DNA of 64,000 nt from contig DAIOVU010000009.1 of NCBI GenBank assembly GCA_036758845.1, positions 10,166 through 74,165 of the forward strand. The letters are read 5' to 3'. Numbering within the stretch: the stretch's first letter is position 1; every line of letters begins with the position of its first letter. The stretch comes from Sediminibacterium sp. (GTDB lineage Bacteria; Bacteroidota; Bacteroidia; Chitinophagales; Chitinophagaceae). The notes beneath the pieces are model-generated. The model was not told the DNA's origin. It was given only the letters and a program-made list of their open reading frames with translations, and did no database searches. A program made the translations under genes and the position numbers. Positions 46,520-54,238 of this stretch are shown here, one piece after another.

Positions 46520-47962
46520 CAGTTCTCTCACCCAATTCGCACTATTTGTGTGCGCCAGTTTCACTTTCACTTTATACTTGTTGCGTAAATGTCGCGCTGT
46601 TTGTTCGGCGGCATATACACTGCGGTGCTGGCCTCCGGTGCATCCGAAATTGATCATTAAATGACTGAAGCCTCTTTGCAGATAAGTTTCTACCGAAATA
46701 TCGATGAGGTCCCAAACGCTGTTCAGGAACTCATTCATTTTGGTTCTTTGTTCAAGGAAATCTTTAACCGATTTATCATTACCCGTAAGTGTTTTATATT
46801 CATCAAAACGCCCAGGGTTTAAAATTGCCCGCATATCAAATACAAAACCACCGCCATTTTCTGATGGATCGGCAGGAATTCCTTTTCTGTAGCTGAAACT
46901 GTTTACTTCTATCACCAATGGCGTTTCTTCATTTGCCTGTGTTGGCTGAAAGCGTTTAATCATATCATCAGCCACTACTAAACGCAGTACACGGTCAAAC
47001 TCCGGCGTTACAATGCCAATACGTTTATGCTCTATAAAGAATTGCAGGTTACGCAATGCCAGCGGGATGCTTGCTAGGAAATGCGCTTTACGCTCAAACA
47101 AACCTCTGAACCCATAAGCGCCCATTACCTGCAATAAACGGATCAATACATAGCCGTTATACTGACTCACAAAAGTGATACGGTCAACAGGTTTGCCCAG
47201 CAGGTCTTCTATACGATCCATATAAAATTCAAGCAAAGAATTCTTCCAGTCCTCACTCAGTTCGGCTTTTGCCTGCCATAACAAAGATGCCACATCATAT
47301 TGCAGGGCGCCTTTCATCCCGCCCTGGTAATCGATAAAATTTACTTCATCATTTTTTACAATAATATTCCGGCTCTGAAAATCGCGGAACATAAAGTATT
47401 TGTATTCTGTTCGGGTGAGGTAGGTACTCAGTGCATCAAAATCATCCAGCATAGCCTGTTTATCATAAGGTAACTGGAGGGTATCGAGAAAATAATATTT
47501 AAAATACAGCAGGTCGCTCATGATGGCCTGCTTACCAAATTCTTTGGCCGTTAAGCACCAGTCGTAATTCAGATCCTTATCTCCCAAAATCTGCACACGG
47601 GCCAATGCCGCCAGACTTTTCTGAAACAGTTCATATACATACTCACCATGCCCTTTTTCTTCCAGTTTATTTAACAGCGAATCTGTACCGAGATCCTGCT
47701 GGATATAAATGGTATCATCTTCATTTACTCCAAGGATAGCCGGAACCGGTAAGCCTGCATTAATAAAATGACGGCTGAAATACACAAAAGTTTGTGTTTC
47801 TTTTTTATTGATGTTATAGGTTGCAATAAAAGTGTTTTCGCGGGAATAAATGCGGAAATAGATCCGGTCGCTACCGCTCTGGGGCAGTTTTTCAATCCTG
47901 TCCGGTTTGGGGTTGCCAATCGATTCAAACAATTTACCTATAGCTTCAATCACTACCTCCAT
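46484..47962 (-). CDS. fusion protein: AmgK-like anomeric sugar kinase (APH/choline-kinase fold) plus RapZ C-terminal domain
   Basis: 492 aa. Residues ~1-330 carry APH-fold kinase motifs (SGSDRIYFRIY; FRDFQSRNIIV; NFIDYQGGMKGALQYDVASLLWQ). Residues ~345-480 align by eye with the C-terminal half of E. coli RapZ (SFSYRKGIP...FVFDMRAILNP...LTGNDKSVKDFL...INFGCTGGQHRSVYAAEQTARHL). The last ~11 aa come from the family D repeat. Confidence 0.75.
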   Translation of the reverse strand: MEVVIEAIGKLFESIGNPKPDRIEKLPQSGSDRIYFRIYSRENTFIATYNINKKETQTFVYFSRHFINAGLPVPAILGVNEDDTIYIQQDLGTDSLLNKLEEKGHGEYVYELFQKSLAALARVQILGDKDLNYDWCLTAKEFGKQAIMSDLLYFKYYFLDTLQLPYDKQAMLDDFDALSTYLTRTEYKYFMFRDFQSRNIIVKNDEVNFIDYQGGMKGALQYDVASLLWQAKAELSEDWKNSLLEFYMDRIEDLLGKPVDRITFVSQYNGYVLIRLLQVMGAYGFRGLFERKAHFLASIPLALRNLQFFIEHKRIGIVTPEFDRVLRLVVADDMIKRFQPTQANEETPLVIEVNSFSYRKGIPADPSENGGGFVFDMRAILNPGRFDEYKTLTGNDKSVKDFLEQRTKMNEFLNSVWDLIDISVETYLQRGFSHLMINFGCTGGQHRSVYAAEQTARHLRNKYKVKVKLAHTNSANWVRELPAPQPPEGGVK

Positions 47963-48010
47963 ATTATTTTCTGGTTTGAAGCGAAAATAAAGCTTAGCAT
48001 CGAAAGCCCC

Positions 48011-49426
48011 TCATCCTTTTCGTTTTTTAGAGAAGAAGTACACCGGGATTCCGATACCCGTGATCAGTATACCCAATAGCGCGTTGATAATAGGCGCGGT
48101 GCCATTCTGGTAATTGTGTATGTCTTTATACAAAGTGTAGCACAGGAAAAAAGCAGTAAAACTCACAAATACCAATGGTACGATGGGATAGCCCCATACC
48201 TGGTAAAAACGCGGGGTATCTTTCATCCGCTTACGCAGGATCAGTACGCCCAAAGCGCTCATGCCATAAAAGAACCAACTCACAAAAATCAGCATATCGG
48301 TAAGCATATCGAACGAGCCACTCACAATCAGTAATACGGTCCATATAGCATTTAACCATAACGCATTGCCAGGTGTTTGATATTTTGGCTGCACTTTACC
48401 TGCCCAGCTAAACCATCTGTTTTGCTGCCCCATGGCAAAACTAACACGGGCTGTGGCCAATACATTTGAATTGGTAGTGCCAAAGGTGGATATGATAACG
48501 ATCAATGCAATCACACTGCCACCAATGGCACCCCATGCAACTTTAGCCGCATCAGATGCTACAAAAGAGGAGGCTGCCAAACGATCAATGGGTAATACAT
48601 AGATATAAGCCAGGTTAATTAATGCATAGATCAGAATACAAAAAGATAAACCGGCAAACAGGCTTTTGGGAATATTCCGCTGCGGGTCTTTTACTTCTCC
48701 TGCCACAAAAGTGATATTATTCCATCCATCATAAGCCCAGAAAGCACCTGCAATAGCGGCCACGTAAGCGCTTAGCAGATCCCATCCATGAGGGGCAGAT
48801 GGCATTGCGGTAAAGATATTATGCACAGAACCCTTGCCCGAACTCAATACACCACCAATCAGCAAAACAATAGCGATCACTTTTAATAAAGTAAACACCC
48901 GTTGCAGGGTGCCACCGTATTGTACACTCCGGTAGCTGATAAACGTGAGCAACAGGATGATGCAGATGGTTAATATTTTTACACCAATATTTTCCAGTGG
49001 AAATATATTACCCACCCATGGAATATGTAATAAAAAAGCATGTTCCGCAGCAGCACTAAACCTGGGCAATTCTATAAAATAGTTGGTGTATTGCGAGCAT
49101 ACATAGGCAATGGATGCGTTGCCACCGGTATTAAAAACAGCAAATGCTGCCCATCCGTATAAAAAAGCAAAACCTTCTCCATAAATTTTTTGAAAGAAAA
49201 CAAATTGTCCGCCTGTTTGCGGAAACATAGCTGCCAGTTCTGCATTTGATAAGGCACCAAATAAAGTGATCACCCCCGCTACTATCCAAACACTCAATAA
49301 CAAAATGGGCGAGCCTAATTGCGAGGCCATCAGGGCAGGCTTCATAAAAATGCCGGAGCCAATAACGCCGCCAACAACAATAGCGATGGTGGTTTGTAGG
49401 GAAAGGCTTCTTTTGAATTGGCTCAT
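48011..49426 (-). CDS. APC superfamily amino-acid permease
   Basis: 471 aa with 12 predicted TM helices and TM1 motif IVVGGVIGSGIFMKP. Confidence 0.85.
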   Translation of the reverse strand: MSQFKRSLSLQTTIAIVVGGVIGSGIFMKPALMASQLGSPILLLSVWIVAGVITLFGALSNAELAAMFPQTGGQFVFFQKIYGEGFAFLYGWAAFAVFNTGGNASIAYVCSQYTNYFIELPRFSAAAEHAFLLHIPWVGNIFPLENIGVKILTICIILLLTFISYRSVQYGGTLQRVFTLLKVIAIVLLIGGVLSSGKGSVHNIFTAMPSAPHGWDLLSAYVAAIAGAFWAYDGWNNITFVAGEVKDPQRNIPKSLFAGLSFCILIYALINLAYIYVLPIDRLAASSFVASDAAKVAWGAIGGSVIALIVIISTFGTTNSNVLATARVSFAMGQQNRWFSWAGKVQPKYQTPGNALWLNAIWTVLLIVSGSFDMLTDMLIFVSWFFYGMSALGVLILRKRMKDTPRFYQVWGYPIVPLVFVSFTAFFLCYTLYKDIHNYQNGTAPIINALLGILITGIGIPVYFFSKKRKG

Positions 49427-49549
49427 GCAGAATAAATAGGTATTAAATATAATACTATTTGTTGAGCGATCAGTATGGGTATGAGACGCTTACATTCAAG
49501 AGCTTTTGTGTTGTTAAGAATGAAACCGCTGATTGTGCATTTTAAGATA

Positions 49550-49610
49550 GCCACAGATTACACAAATTGGCACAGATTTTTTCTCTGTGTTAATCTGTGT
49601 AATCTGTGAC
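49550..49610. repeat. family A palindromic element
   Basis: GCCACAGATTACACAAATTGGCACAGATTTTTTCTCTGTGTTAATCTGTGTAATCTGTGAC, between the racemase stop and the permease start. Confidence 0.8.
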
Positions 49611-49617
49611 AACCCCC

Positions 49618-50304
49618 TTACAACACAAAATCAACAGCCGCTTTTGCATGTAGCATTGTAGTATCAAAAACAGGAATGCTGCAATCCTCAGGTTGTATCA
49701 GCAATGGAATTTCTGTACAGCCTGAAATAACGCCTTCTGCTCCCTTAGCAATAAGCTGATCAATGATCTGCAAAAACCTTTGTTTTGTTTCAGGAAGAAA
49801 TAATCCTTTCGCAAATTCTGAATAGATGGCGTTGTTGATGTAGTCAATTTCTGGTTGTTCAGGAATAATAACAGTAATACCTTTTGCAGCAAGTTTATCC
49901 TTGTAAAAATCCAGTTGCATTACATATTTAGTGCCGAGCAGGGCAACTGTTTTCAGTTTTTTCTGTGCGATGGCATCGGCAGTTACCGCGGCGATATGTA
50001 TGACAGGTATTTCAACTGAAGCCTGTACCGTATCTGCAATTTTGTGCATGGTATTGGCGCCAATCAGCAAACAATCTGCGCCTGCATTTTCCAGTTTATG
50101 GGCCACCTCGCAAATGATGGCCGCAATACCATCCCAATCGCCGGCCTCGGTTAAGGTTTTGATCTCACCAAAATTTACTGAATAGATAATTACTTTTGCT
50201 GCATTAACCCCACCCAATCTTTCATTCACCATTTGATTGATGAACTTGTAATATTCTACAGTAGATAACCAGGTTATCCCGCCGATGATGCCGATTGTTT
50301 TCAT
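49618..50304 (-). CDS. aspartate/glutamate racemase family protein (YgeA-like amino-acid racemase)
   Basis: 228 aa. MKTIGIIGGITWLST, GANTMHK (Thr-type first catalytic motif as in YgeA) and GCTEIPLL (Cys-type second motif). Confidence 0.85.
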   Translation of the reverse strand: MKTIGIIGGITWLSTVEYYKFINQMVNERLGGVNAAKVIIYSVNFGEIKTLTEAGDWDGIAAIICEVAHKLENAGADCLLIGANTMHKIADTVQASVEIPVIHIAAVTADAIAQKKLKTVALLGTKYVMQLDFYKDKLAAKGITVIIPEQPEIDYINNAIYSEFAKGLFLPETKQRFLQIIDQLIAKGAEGVISGCTEIPLLIQPEDCSIPVFDTTMLHAKAAVDFVL

Positions 50305-50354
50305 GGGGCGAAGGTAAGAAAAGCAATGTTGTTGGGTTTATCATTAGAAATATT

Positions 50355-50415
50355 GCCACAGATGACACAGATTAACACAGAAAAGAAATCTGTGAAAATC
50401 TGTGTCATCTGTGGC
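50355..50415. repeat. family A palindromic element (near-perfect copy)
   Basis: GCCACAGATGACACAGATTAACACAGAAAAGAAATCTGTGAAAATCTGTGTCATCTGTGGC, between the radical SAM stop and the racemase start. Confidence 0.85.
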
Positions 50416-50424
50416 AAAAAAAAA

Positions 50425-51531
50425 TCAAAACAACCTCCCCTGCTCCCCCGGCCTTCTAAACAAACTGCAATCCAATTCCCATCTTTCTGCATTCAGTTTA
50501 TAGATTTTATTGTACTTCTTAAACTGCTGCCTCACCAAATCAGCAATAGGCCCTTCGCCACGCATACGCAAGCCGTAGCGGCTGTCGTTCACTTTGCCGC
50601 CGTGGCCATGTTCTATCATATGCCAAACTTTATCCGCCCTGTCGGGGAAATTTTTATACAGCCAATCATGAAAGATCAGTTTAATAGCTCCGTTTAAACG
50701 GATGAAGGTGTAGGCGCTAAACGTAGCGCCATTCTCACTTGCCGCTTCCATAATACGCTGCATTTCATGTTCATTCAGTCCGGGTATCATAGGGCCCAGC
50801 ATTACACCGGCCCGCACGCCGGCATCGCTTAGCTCTTTAATTACGCGCAACCTTTGTTTGGCTGTAGTAGTGCGTGGTTCCATCGCCCGGCGCAGGTCTT
50901 CGTTAAATGATGTAATGCTCACCAATACACTCACTAATTTTTTCTTCGCCATTTCCTGTAACAGTTGCTTATCGCGCAATATCCCTGCATTCTTGGTAAT
51001 CATACCAACAGGCTGGTTAAACTCATTACACACTTCCAGCATCCTTTTGGTTAATTCAAACTTTTTTTCTGCCGGCTGGTAACAATCTGTATTACCGCTT
51101 AAACTAATGGGTACACATTCCCAGTTTTTGTTCATCAAAAATTTACGCAGCAGTTCAGGGGCATTTTTCTTTACAATAATTTTTCTTTCAAAATCCAGTC
51201 CGGCGCTGTACCCCCAGTATTCATGGGCATTGCGGGCGTAGCAATAAATACAGCCATGCTCGCATCCCTGGTATGGGTTCATGCTGTACCACATGCCTAC
51301 ATCCGGACTCTCCACTTTATTTACAATGCTTTTGGCATGTTCTTCCAGGTAAACGGTGGCAGAGTTGGGTTCGGTCCAGTCGTCAATACTTTCAATCTGT
51401 TCCCTCAGTTTTTCGTTTTTCAGGAACCGGTTTTTAGGATTAAACTGGGCGCCGCGGCCTTTTAAGTATTTGTTTTCATTTTGTATTTCGTCTTCCATGG
51501 CAAATTGGTTTACCCACCCTGGGTTCGCCAT
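50425..51531 (-). CDS. PA0069-family radical SAM protein
   Basis: 368 aa. N-terminal KGRGAQFNPKNRF signature, CxxxCxxC (CEHGCIYCYA) and an elongated TIM-barrel-like C-terminus. Confidence 0.85.
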   Translation of the reverse strand: MANPGWVNQFAMEDEIQNENKYLKGRGAQFNPKNRFLKNEKLREQIESIDDWTEPNSATVYLEEHAKSIVNKVESPDVGMWYSMNPYQGCEHGCIYCYARNAHEYWGYSAGLDFERKIIVKKNAPELLRKFLMNKNWECVPISLSGNTDCYQPAEKKFELTKRMLEVCNEFNQPVGMITKNAGILRDKQLLQEMAKKKLVSVLVSITSFNEDLRRAMEPRTTTAKQRLRVIKELSDAGVRAGVMLGPMIPGLNEHEMQRIMEAASENGATFSAYTFIRLNGAIKLIFHDWLYKNFPDRADKVWHMIEHGHGGKVNDSRYGLRMRGEGPIADLVRQQFKKYNKIYKLNAERWELDCSLFRRPGEQGRLF

Positions 51532-51581
51532 CCTTCCCTGCTGGCAGAGAGGGATATTTTTTATAAGATGGTATGATTTTG

Positions 51582-52187
51582 TTAGACGAACAGTTCCCCC
51601 TGCGTGGCAATCACTCTCACATTCATCAACTGAAACTTCTTAACGGTAGTATATTTTTTCTCCCCCTCACGCTTGCGTAATAATAACAGGTGATCTGCCA
51701 CAAACATGCCGCTAAAATGGGTGTTGTTCATTTCAAGCCAGCCTTTCTCGTATTGCCATGGTAATAGTTTGCGTGCAATGCTGATATAGGGTTCGGTAAT
51801 AAAATGCGGCTTACGGTCTTTATCAATTTTTAGCAGGTGTTGTATGGGGCGTATGGCTTTAACCAGTTCAACAATCTGTGTTTTGGTGGTAACATTAATG
51901 AATATGCTATGTGTTGGCAGGCTTCCAAAATCGTGTAATTCTACCATAAAAGAAGCATGTGCGGTTGCCAGTAAATGCAAACGGTGCACAATGCGCTGCT
52001 CTATCATTTCATATTGCTGAAACCTTACCAGCGTAATATTGGGCCTGCCTGTACCCGATGCCGCGCAATCATAGGTTTCTCCAAAATATTTTTTTACCTG
52101 CATGATCTCTTCGCGCAATGCCTCATGCGGTTCTATTACCAGCAGGTATTCTGCTGTGGCGTAGGAAGAAAGTATCTCGGATTGCAT
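51582..52187 (-). CDS. 2H phosphoesterase (LigT-like) paralog with both catalytic His replaced
   Basis: The track ORF runs to 52274 and crosses repeat E2; the likely start is MQSEIL at 52187. Same layout as the upstream paralog, but the two H-x-T/S motifs read N-I-T (RPNITLV) and Y-I-S (EPYISIA). Confidence 0.6.
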   Translation of the reverse strand: MQSEILSSYATAEYLLVIEPHEALREEIMQVKKYFGETYDCAASGTGRPNITLVRFQQYEMIEQRIVHRLHLLATAHASFMVELHDFGSLPTHSIFINVTTKTQIVELVKAIRPIQHLLKIDKDRKPHFITEPYISIARKLLPWQYEKGWLEMNNTHFSGMFVADHLLLLRKREGEKKYTTVKKFQLMNVRVIATQGELFV

Positions 52188-52221
52188 ATGATTGTATCGC
52201 AGATTTGTATGATTACCATGT

Positions 52222-52356
52222 TGTGCTATTAAACACATAGTTGCATAGGTTAGGAAACAGGACATATAGTTCAAAAACTATGTTTCTTTTCTGTTTTTCC
52301 TATGTATCTATGTGTTTTAAAAATGTTTGGCATAAAGAATAGCTGCATTATTAAAT
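52222..52356. repeat. family E ~135-bp repeat element, copy 2
   Basis: TGTGCTATTAAACACATAGTTGCATAGGTTAGGAAACAGG...CTATGTATCTATGTGTTTTAAAAATGTTTGGCATAAAGAATAGCTGCATTATTAAAT. Same orientation as copy 1. Confidence 0.8.
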
Positions 52357-52522
52357 ACTTTTAAACGTAAAACGCATCGGCATATTAATTTCAATAGCAC
52401 AACATATAAAGGTTTCTACCAACTCTTGTTCCCTGACGGCTTCTATTTTACAAAACAGTCATTCTTTCAGATATCTTACTGACAAGGTGCTGACTTTTAT
52501 TCCCACTGAAACAGAATGTGCA

Positions 52523-53116
52523 TCAGGGTTGCAGCCCAAACACATTTACCTGCTTACAGCTATCAATCTGGTGCCGCCTGCGCAGCAGTATCAGTTCCTT
52601 CACATCAAATGAAGCATGAAACGTTTTTTCTGCATATACTTTTACCGCCTCGCTATAAGTTGTTTGCTCTAATCTCCTGGCAATGGTAAGATGTGGATTG
52701 GTGATCAAATGCATCTCCGGGCAACCATAGCCACGTATGTACTGATCAACCACTTTCAGTTCTTTTGCCAGTTGCTGAAACGGCTGGTGATCCTGCACCC
52801 GCAGATAAATGGTATGCGGCCTGAAAGCGCCATATTGATCCAGTGTTACACGAAAACTTTTTTTACTGCTGATGATGCGGTGCATCCACCGGATAATCGT
52901 TTCTTCCATTGGCTCCAGCGCCATAAAATTGGCCACCGTAATATGTGGCTGGGTCTTTACCGCAGCCATTAATTTAAATTGCGCAGAAAAGAATTTTTTC
53001 TCTTCCATTACCTGCGCATATACGGCCTCATCCGGCCGGGCCACCAGCAGGTATTCCCAAAACCCTTTTACCTGCGCACTGCTGAATGTTTTATTGGTTG
53101 CTACACCTGTATCCAT
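52523..53116 (-). CDS. 2H phosphoesterase superfamily protein (2'-5' RNA ligase LigT-like)
   Basis: 197 aa. Two intact H-x-T motifs (QPHITVA and NPHLTIA) at the spacing expected for the 2H fold. Confidence 0.75.
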   Translation of the reverse strand: MDTGVATNKTFSSAQVKGFWEYLLVARPDEAVYAQVMEEKKFFSAQFKLMAAVKTQPHITVANFMALEPMEETIIRWMHRIISSKKSFRVTLDQYGAFRPHTIYLRVQDHQPFQQLAKELKVVDQYIRGYGCPEMHLITNPHLTIARRLEQTTYSEAVKVYAEKTFHASFDVKELILLRRRHQIDSCKQVNVFGLQP

Positions 53117-53144
53117 AAATAATTTTTTTACAGAGATAATGATT

Positions 53145-53173
53145 TTAGTATAAATTTACTAAATAATTTAGTA
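53145..53173. promoter_or_regulatory. candidate operator: overlapping palindromes TTAGTA-N6-TACTAA-N5-TTAGTA
   Basis: Seen directly in the 75-bp divergent region between the 2H gene start (53116) and the umuD start (53192). No binding-motif database was consulted. Confidence 0.35.
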
Positions 53174-53191
53174 TTTCAAAATTTAATTTAT

Positions 53192-53629
53192 ATGGACGGG
53201 GAACAATGGTATGGGGCCGCCTACAAAGGCTCTAAGAAATTTAACCAGTGGGAAATACCCACTGCCAACGCCACCGGTTTTGGCGCCGCTGCCGATGATT
53301 ATATGGAACGGGGTATTGACCTGAACGAACAACTGATCCGCAACAAGCCCGCCACTTTTTTCTTCCGTATGAACAGCGATGCAATGGCTGAGGCCGGCAT
53401 CTTCAGCGGCGATGTGCTGATTGTTGACAGAAGCGTAAAAGCCGTTAACGGAAAAATTATCGTGGCCATACTCAACGGCGAGTTGCTGGTGCGGCGCCTG
53501 CAAACACATATCAAAGGCGTTACACTGGTGGCAGAAAATAAAAAGTACGGAAATATCCAGGTAGAAGAGTTTAGCAATTATGCGGCGTGGGGGGTAGTTA
53601 TTTATTCTATTCACCCCCTAACCCCCTGA
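53192..53629 (+). CDS. umuD: S24 peptidase, UmuD-like (translesion polymerase V accessory / LexA-family autopeptidase)
   Basis: 145 aa. Catalytic Ser (RMNSDAM) and Lys (NGKIIVA) at S24 spacing and an Ala-Ala/Gly-type cleavage region (GFGAAADD). The last ~6 codons and the stop lie inside a family D repeat. Confidence 0.85.
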   Translation: MDGEQWYGAAYKGSKKFNQWEIPTANATGFGAAADDYMERGIDLNEQLIRNKPATFFFRMNSDAMAEAGIFSGDVLIVDRSVKAVNGKIIVAILNGELLVRRLQTHIKGVTLVAENKKYGNIQVEEFSNYAAWGVVIYSIHPLTP

Positions 53630-54238
53630 AGGGGGAATTTGATTTTTATGTACTCAACAGCAGTACTTTATTCAACTTCTGTTGCGTCGCACACTTGTAC
53701 GGTTTGTTCTATGTTCAACATTTTACCCCCCGACCCCCTGAAGGGGGAGTTAAAAAAAAGTTTATGAAACAGAAAATGTTTTATGATGCAACGCCATTGA
53801 TCTTCAGTCGCGCCAAAGAATTAAGAAATAATCTAACCCCTGCTGAAATGAAGCTATGGTCATACCTGCGTACAAAGCCATATGGCCACAAATTCCGAAG
53901 ACAACATCCGCTATGTCCTTTCATCGCTGACTTTTATTGTCATACCCTGAAATTAGTTATTGAAGCAGATGGCAGTATTCACAACAGGGATGAAGTAAAA
54001 CAGGCAGACAAAGCCAAACAGTGGTCATTGGAAATAGAAAACATCCAGGTACTTCGGTTCACCAATTCAGCTATCACAAATCAGTTCGAAGAAGTTATCG
54101 CTATCATCAATACGATACTTGCAAAAGAAAGGCCAATCAACTCCCCCTTCAGAGCCTGTCCCGCTCAAGCGGGAGGGCAGGGGGGTAAAATTATTATTTC
54201 AACCAAAAATACAGTTCCCCCTTCAGGGGGCTAGGGGT
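53612..54238. mobile_element. putative palindrome-bounded cassette carrying a DUF559 endonuclease gene
   Basis: The left boundary has two copies of CCCCTAACCCCCTGAAGGGGGAATT / CCCCGACCCCCTGAAGGGGGAGTT (53612..53640 and 53724..53751). The right boundary has two reverse-oriented copies (54139..54189 and 54214..54238, AGTTCCCCCTTCAGGGGGCTAGGGG). The cassette sits exactly between the umuD stop and the umuC start. Confidence 0.45.
53764..54234 (+). CDS. DUF559 domain protein (Vsr/restriction-endonuclease-like fold)
   Basis: The likely start is MKQKMFYDA at 53764; the track ORF at 53587 reads through repeats. DUF559 signature: LRNNLTPAEMKLWSYLR...FRRQHPLCPFIADFYCHTLKLVIEADGSIH...D..KQWSLEIENIQVLRFTN. 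The C-terminal ~30 aa are repeat-derived. Confidence 0.8.
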   Translation: MKQKMFYDATPLIFSRAKELRNNLTPAEMKLWSYLRTKPYGHKFRRQHPLCPFIADFYCHTLKLVIEADGSIHNRDEVKQADKAKQWSLEIENIQVLRFTNSAITNQFEEVIAIINTILAKERPINSPFRACPAQAGGQGGKIIISTKNTVPPSGG

